Positions 59,879-64,000 of a stretch of 64,000 bases of DNA are shown piece after piece (the stretch's first letter is position 1; each line of letters begins with the position of its first letter). The stretch comes from Nitrospira japonica (lineage in GTDB: Bacteria > Nitrospirota > Thermodesulfovibrionia > UBA6902). Both the position numbers and the translations under genes were made by a program. The stretch spans positions 198,273 through 262,272 of the forward strand of contig DYJL01000001.1 of the NCBI GenBank assembly GCA_020723105.1. Reading direction: 5' to 3'. Under the pieces are notes generated by a model. That model did not search any database and was not told the origin of the DNA. It saw only the letters and a program-made list of their open reading frames with translations.

Positions 59879-61588
59879 ATGAATACTAAAAACAAATTTG
59901 AGGCACCCAGGACAAGCATAAAAAACAATATACTCCTGTCCTTTTTCTTTGTCCTGGCTGCAGGCGGCATTGCAATCAACGTCATTCTACAGAACATCAT
60001 TCAGAAAACTCTCCTTCTCGAAAAAATTGACCATGTCATTATTGAAAATATAAGCAGGCATGTAGCGTTAATCGGCTCAGGGATAACTATTGGCGGAATT
60101 ATTATTATTCTGTTTATTGCCTTTCTTTTATCGGAATCAATTACAAAGCCGATAAAAACATTAATCGGCGGTATGATTGAAATCGCTCGCGGCAAATTTG
60201 ATACGAGAATAACGGTCACTGCTTCCAATGAGCTGGGACAGCTTGCAGAAGGGTTCAATCTTATGGCGGCCCACATCGAAGACGCTTTGAAGGAATTGAA
60301 GGACGCAAAGGAATATACCGACAACATTATCGTTTCCATGCCCTCCATACTGATAGTCCTGGATAAAAACCTCAGAATACTATCCACGAATATGAGCTTT
60401 GAAAAACTCCGGGAACAGTTTCCAGAATTTTCCATTCAACAGTTTGTCAGTAATCTGGAAGGAGAAATCAAAAAAAATCTGCGCACCTGCGAAACGATTA
60501 AAAAAGAGTTTGTTGTTGTTCCTGAGGGCTTTGATGTAACCCTGATTTTTTCTGCTGTGATATCCTGCATAGGAGATGGAACATCAGAATATGACAGCGG
60601 TAAAGAGGAGCGTGTTTTGCTGACCATAACCGACGTCACCGAGCGCACAAAGATGAAGGAAATGGTGTTCCAATCCAGACAGGACTGGGAAGATACCTTC
60701 AATCTTATACCCGATATGGTAACCATACACGATAAAGAGATGAACATCATACAGGCCAACAAGGCCGCGCAGGAAGCGCTTTCTCTGCCATTACTGTCTC
60801 CTGAAAAAATAAATAAGTGCTATAAATTCTACCACGGCACAGAAACGGCTCCCAACGCTTGCCCGAGTTGTAAGTGTTTAAAAACAGGCCAATCCGGTAC
60901 TTTTGAATTATTCGAGCCTTATCTGGAGAAATTTATAGAAATCAGAGCCATTCCCCGCATGAATAAAAACAATGAAATGATAGGGCTCATCCATATTGTC
61001 AGAGACATAACACAACGTAAGCAGATAGAGGAGGAACACAAACAACTGCTTTCAGTTATCACAATGGCCAAAATCGAGTGGGAGGCGACCTTTGACAGCG
61101 TCAATGAATTTATTGTTCTGGTAGACAAGGAACTGAATATAAAGAGATGCAACAGCAGTTTTGCACAATATGCCGGATTACCGTCTCATAAACTTGCAAA
61201 TAAAAAATATTATGACTATCTGTCATTCAGCGATACTGAAAGGTTTCAGTATTGCCAGGAACTCATTAAGGGAGAAGAACCGCTTGAGAGGATGGAAATC
61301 AATACGATAAACAATCACTGGTTTTACATGAGCCAGCGTCCCTTACGTGATAAAAAGGGAAATTATCTCCATACAGTTATTATAGCTACAGATATCACAA
61401 ACCTGAAAAATACCCAGCAGCAGCTCAAGCAATCAGAGCAGAATCTTAAGAAACAACTTGAAGACCTTGAGAAGTTTTATGAAATGGCTGTGGGACGGGA
61501 ACTGAAAATGAAGGAGCTGAAGAAAGAGATAAAGAAATTAAACGAAGAACTCACTAACCATAAGGAAAATGAATTCATCAGAAACTAA
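59879..61588 (+). CDS. Membrane sensor with HAMP domain, multiple PAS domains and a C-terminal coiled coil (no output domain in this ORF)
   Basis: Two TM segments flank a short periplasmic loop. HAMP (NELGQLAEGFNLMAAHIEDALKEL). PAS-like repeats. Heptad-rich C-terminus. Confidence 0.65.
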   Translation: MNTKNKFEAPRTSIKNNILLSFFFVLAAGGIAINVILQNIIQKTLLLEKIDHVIIENISRHVALIGSGITIGGIIIILFIAFLLSESITKPIKTLIGGMIEIARGKFDTRITVTASNELGQLAEGFNLMAAHIEDALKELKDAKEYTDNIIVSMPSILIVLDKNLRILSTNMSFEKLREQFPEFSIQQFVSNLEGEIKKNLRTCETIKKEFVVVPEGFDVTLIFSAVISCIGDGTSEYDSGKEERVLLTITDVTERTKMKEMVFQSRQDWEDTFNLIPDMVTIHDKEMNIIQANKAAQEALSLPLLSPEKINKCYKFYHGTETAPNACPSCKCLKTGQSGTFELFEPYLEKFIEIRAIPRMNKNNEMIGLIHIVRDITQRKQIEEEHKQLLSVITMAKIEWEATFDSVNEFIVLVDKELNIKRCNSSFAQYAGLPSHKLANKKYYDYLSFSDTERFQYCQELIKGEEPLERMEINTINNHWFYMSQRPLRDKKGNYLHTVIIATDITNLKNTQQQLKQSEQNLKKQLEDLEKFYEMAVGRELKMKELKKEIKKLNEELTNHKENEFIRN

Positions 61589-62336
61589 TCAGGAAGCATG
61601 TTCTGTCATGAATATTTCTGAAACAATAAAATCAGAACAAGCCTATAAAGAACTCTCCGAGATATATGCAAACAACCTGAAAATACAGGAGCAAAAAGCC
61701 AGAACCGGCAGGGAAGCATTCCTTAACATGCTTGAGGACCTGAATGAATCGTATAAAGAACTTGAAGATTTATTTATAAAACTTATTCGTGTTATGGTCA
61801 ATGCCCTTGATGCAAAAAGCCCCTGGACCAAAGGTCATTCCGAAAGAGTATCAATGTACACAGAGCAGATAGCCTTTGAAATGCTGCTCGACAGTGAAGA
61901 GATAAAGAACATCAAGCTGGCAGGGATACTCCATGACATTGGAAAGATAGGCACTTACGATTATCTTCTGGACAAGCCCGGCAAGCTTACGAATGAAGAA
62001 TATGAAATTGTTAAAAAACATCCTGCACAGGGCGCAGTCATTCTTAAAGACATCAAACAGTTAAAGGACATTGTTCCGATGATTGAGTATCATCATGAGA
62101 AAATTGACGGCACCGGATATCCCTACAGGCTCAAAGGAGATGAAATACCAATTGGCGCCAGAATACTTCATGTGGCTGATTCGTTTGACTCCATGACATC
62201 TGACAGGCCCTACAGGCCGGCCCCTGGAATAGAGTATGCGTTGTCTGAATTGAATAAATATAAGGGAAAACAATTCGACCCGCAGGTAGTAGATGCCTTC
62301 CTGAGGGTATTTGAAAAACGGAACAGCCAGAATTAA
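61569..62336 (+). CDS. HD-GYP domain protein (putative c-di-GMP phosphodiesterase)
   Basis: LHDIGKIG and [11 protein letters not shown] motifs. Overlaps the preceding sensor ORF by 20 nt in a +1 frame. Confidence 0.75.
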   Translation: MNSSETNQEACSVMNISETIKSEQAYKELSEIYANNLKIQEQKARTGREAFLNMLEDLNESYKELEDLFIKLIRVMVNALDAKSPWTKGHSERVSMYTEQIAFEMLLDSEEIKNIKLAGILHDIGKIGTYDYLLDKPGKLTNEEYEIVKKHPAQGAVILKDIKQLKDIVPMIEYHHEKIDGTGYPYRLKGDEIPIGARILHVADSFDSMTSDRPYRPAPGIEYALSELNKYKGKQFDPQVVDAFLRVFEKRNSQN

Positions 62337-63106
62337 CATTTCAGTAAGGGGTCTTCCACTCCCGCCTCTTTAAAGCCCTTTGCGCGCAGCAGACAACTGT
62401 CACACCGTCCGCAACTAATCCCTTTCCGCTTTGGTTCAGGCTGCGGATCATAGCAGCTCCAGGTCCGAGAATAATCAACACCAAGTTCAAGCCCCCTTTT
62501 TATTATCTCGCCTTTTGTGAGGTTAATTAAGGGAGCATTTATTCTGAATTTCATTTTCCCTTCGACGGAAACCCTTGTTGCAAGATTTGCCATGTCTTCG
62601 AAGGCTTTTATAAACTCGGGCCTGCAATCCGGATAACCGCTATAGTCAACTGCATTAGCGCCGATAAAGATGTCTTCTGCTTCCAAAACCTCTGCCCATC
62701 CAAGTGCAAAGGAAAGAAATATGGTATTCCTTGCCGGAACATAAGTGACAGTGATTTGGGGTTGGGGATTAGGGATTGGTTCTTCTTTACTAACCCCTAA
62801 TCCCTGACACCTACCCCCTGTTTTTGGGACTTCCATATCCGTTGTCAGCGCAGAACCGCCGATATCTCTGAGATTAAAGTTTATGACAAGATGTTTTTTT
62901 GTATTAAAGCTTGCTGCAATCTTACGGGCTGATTCCAGCTCTATCTTATGTCGTTGTCCGTAATCAAAACTCAAGGCGTAGATATCAAAGCCTTGCGCTT
63001 TTGCAATTGCCAATGTGGTTGTCGAATCAACCCCACCGCTTAAAAGTACAACTGCTGGTTTCATAGATTTTATCAATTCCCCCCTCTCCCTAACCCTCTC
63101 CCGCAT
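62333..63106 (-). CDS. queC: 7-cyano-7-deazaguanine synthase QueC (probable true start at internal Met, nt 63064)
   Basis: [14 protein letters not shown]-loop. C-terminal zinc motif [14 protein letters not shown]. Contains an extra ~14-aa in-frame insertion relative to the canonical spacing between ...TTDMEVP and TVTYVPARN. Confidence 0.8.
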   Translation of the reverse strand: MRERVRERGELIKSMKPAVVLLSGGVDSTTTLAIAKAQGFDIYALSFDYGQRHKIELESARKIAASFNTKKHLVINFNLRDIGGSALTTDMEVPKTGGRCQGLGVSKEEPIPNPQPQITVTYVPARNTIFLSFALGWAEVLEAEDIFIGANAVDYSGYPDCRPEFIKAFEDMANLATRVSVEGKMKFRINAPLINLTKGEIIKRGLELGVDYSRTWSCYDPQPEPKRKGISCGRCDSCLLRAKGFKEAGVEDPLLKC

Positions 63107-63130
63107 GGGGAGAGGGAATTCCTTTTTTCA

Positions 63131-63157
63131 TACCCCTTACCCCTTACCCCTTACCCC
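63131..63157. repeat. Tandem heptamer (TTACCCC)x4 on the + strand, equal to (GGGGTAA)n on the plsY coding strand
   Basis: Direct inspection shows tacccc ttacccc ttacccc ttacccc. It encodes the plsY C-terminal ...GVRGKG. Confidence 0.8.
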
Positions 63158-63880
63158 TTTTTTATCACCTATCTTCGACTCTTTTCCTTCAATGAGTCTT
63201 TTAATATTTTCCTTATGTCTGAAAATTATCAATACGGCAAATAAGATACCAAAAACAATCTTGATCTTTGAAAAATCCATAAAGGCAAATATCACCGGCA
63301 GGGCGCTGACAGCAGTGATGGCCGCAAGCGAGGAATATTTTGTAAACACTGCAACTGAGATCCAGATAAGAAGTATAAGTCCTGCAGAGAGAGGGCTGTA
63401 TGCAGCCAATACCCCTAAGCCGGTTGCAACGCCTTTCCCGCCTTTAAAAGAAAGGAAAATAGAAAATATATGTCCGGAAACTGCGGCAAGCCCTGTCAAT
63501 CCTCCCCAGAAATCTTTTGCGTTACTTATCAGGGCCGTACCTCCTTCTGCCGGAGTTATGCTGGCAATAATGTAATTACAAAGTATAACTGGAACAGCGC
63601 CTTTGAGGATGTCACATAATAATGTTAAAAGTGCAGGCCCTTTTCCTGCGGTCCTTAATACATTGGTTGCGCCGATGTTTTTACTTCCTGCAGACCTGAG
63701 ATCAATACCCTTGCTCTTTGTGAAAACAAGCCCGAAAGGAATTGAACCAGAGAGAAACGCTATCGGAAGCAGAATGTAAAGCTGAGGATAAAAGGTTAGA
63801 ACGGAAGCCATCATAACCGCTTCCAGAAAAGTACAAAATACTGAACTCCTGACACAACACCCAGAATCATTGCTATCCAA
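63137..63880 (-). CDS. plsY: Glycerol-3-phosphate acyltransferase PlsY (probable start at an internal Met)
   Basis: GSKNIGATNVLRTAGK matches the PlsY G(S)GNxGATN motif. Multiple TM segments. Confidence 0.8.
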   Translation of the reverse strand: MDSNDSGCCVRSSVFCTFLEAVMMASVLTFYPQLYILLPIAFLSGSIPFGLVFTKSKGIDLRSAGSKNIGATNVLRTAGKGPALLTLLCDILKGAVPVILCNYIIASITPAEGGTALISNAKDFWGGLTGLAAVSGHIFSIFLSFKGGKGVATGLGVLAAYSPLSAGLILLIWISVAVFTKYSSLAAITAVSALPVIFAFMDFSKIKIVFGILFAVLIIFRHKENIKRLIEGKESKIGDKKGVRGKG

Positions 63881-64000
63881 AGCAGGGTAATGCCTGTGCT
63901 GTATAAATCAAAAGGTATTAAGGTGCTGTCAATAAACAAAACAAGTATTGACGATATTTGTGCAACCACCTTAATCTTGCCGCCCATCTCTGCAGGAATT

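Noticed and set aside
63015-63575. Plus-strand 186-aa ORF
   Set aside because: It overlaps queC and plsY, which are on the minus strand and have strong family signatures. Its translation is low-complexity Pro/Ser-rich, typical of an antisense artefact.
1-64000. CRISPR arrays and IS elements
   Set aside because: No regularly spaced direct repeats with unique spacers, and no transposase-like ORF with terminal inverted repeats, were seen anywhere in the window.

Overview
The window is 64 kb of bacterial chromosome, about 42% GC. Its gene content (tetraheme cytochrome c, several radical-SAM enzymes, class II B12-dependent ribonucleotide reductase (RNR), BioW/BioB) points to an anaerobic lifestyle.

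The right half (38–64 kb) is ordinary core genome. It holds bioB-bioW, tRNA-Val(GAC), the thrS-infC-rpmI-rplT-pheS-pheT operon, the mtaB and miaB methylthiotransferases, dtd, an HDOD protein, a 1101-aa sugar kinase/UDP-sugar pyrophosphorylase fusion, DUF362, a methyltransferase, an inositol monophosphatase, tetraheme cytochrome c, a HAMP-PAS sensor next to an HD-GYP protein, queC and plsY.

The left half (1–37.6 kb) is accessory-looking. It contains:
- a PP2C phosphatase;
- a broken hemW-like pseudogene;
- a same-strand cluster: a RelA/SpoT-type HD hydrolase-like protein, a MoxR-type AAA_5 ATPase, three tandem diverged paralogs of an uncharacterised ~698-aa protein that share a conserved upstream element, an 830-aa unknown protein, a low-molecular-weight phosphotyrosine-phosphatase-like (LMW-PTP) protein and a translationally coupled membrane protein;
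- a RiPP-like locus (XRE regulator, RRE-fused radical-SAM/SPASM enzyme, small Cys-containing peptide);
- an FtsW(SEDS)-FtsB-M50 protease trio, LemA and an SNase-like nuclease;
- a mobile-element-like segment (Cys-rich 500-aa protein, DUF736, Toprim primase, nrdJ).

A ~5.5-kb cassette carrying a SWIM zinc-finger protein, an SNF2 helicase and an Arch_ATPase/DUF234 ATPase appears inserted at the 3' end of nrdJ. It is bracketed by ~220-bp diverged direct repeats, and the downstream repeat is an orphan copy of the nrdJ C-terminus with its terminator. A tRNA 3'-half-like fragment at 37.55 kb may mark an old integration boundary.

All protein calls come from reading motifs in the supplied translations. 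None is confirmed by a database search.
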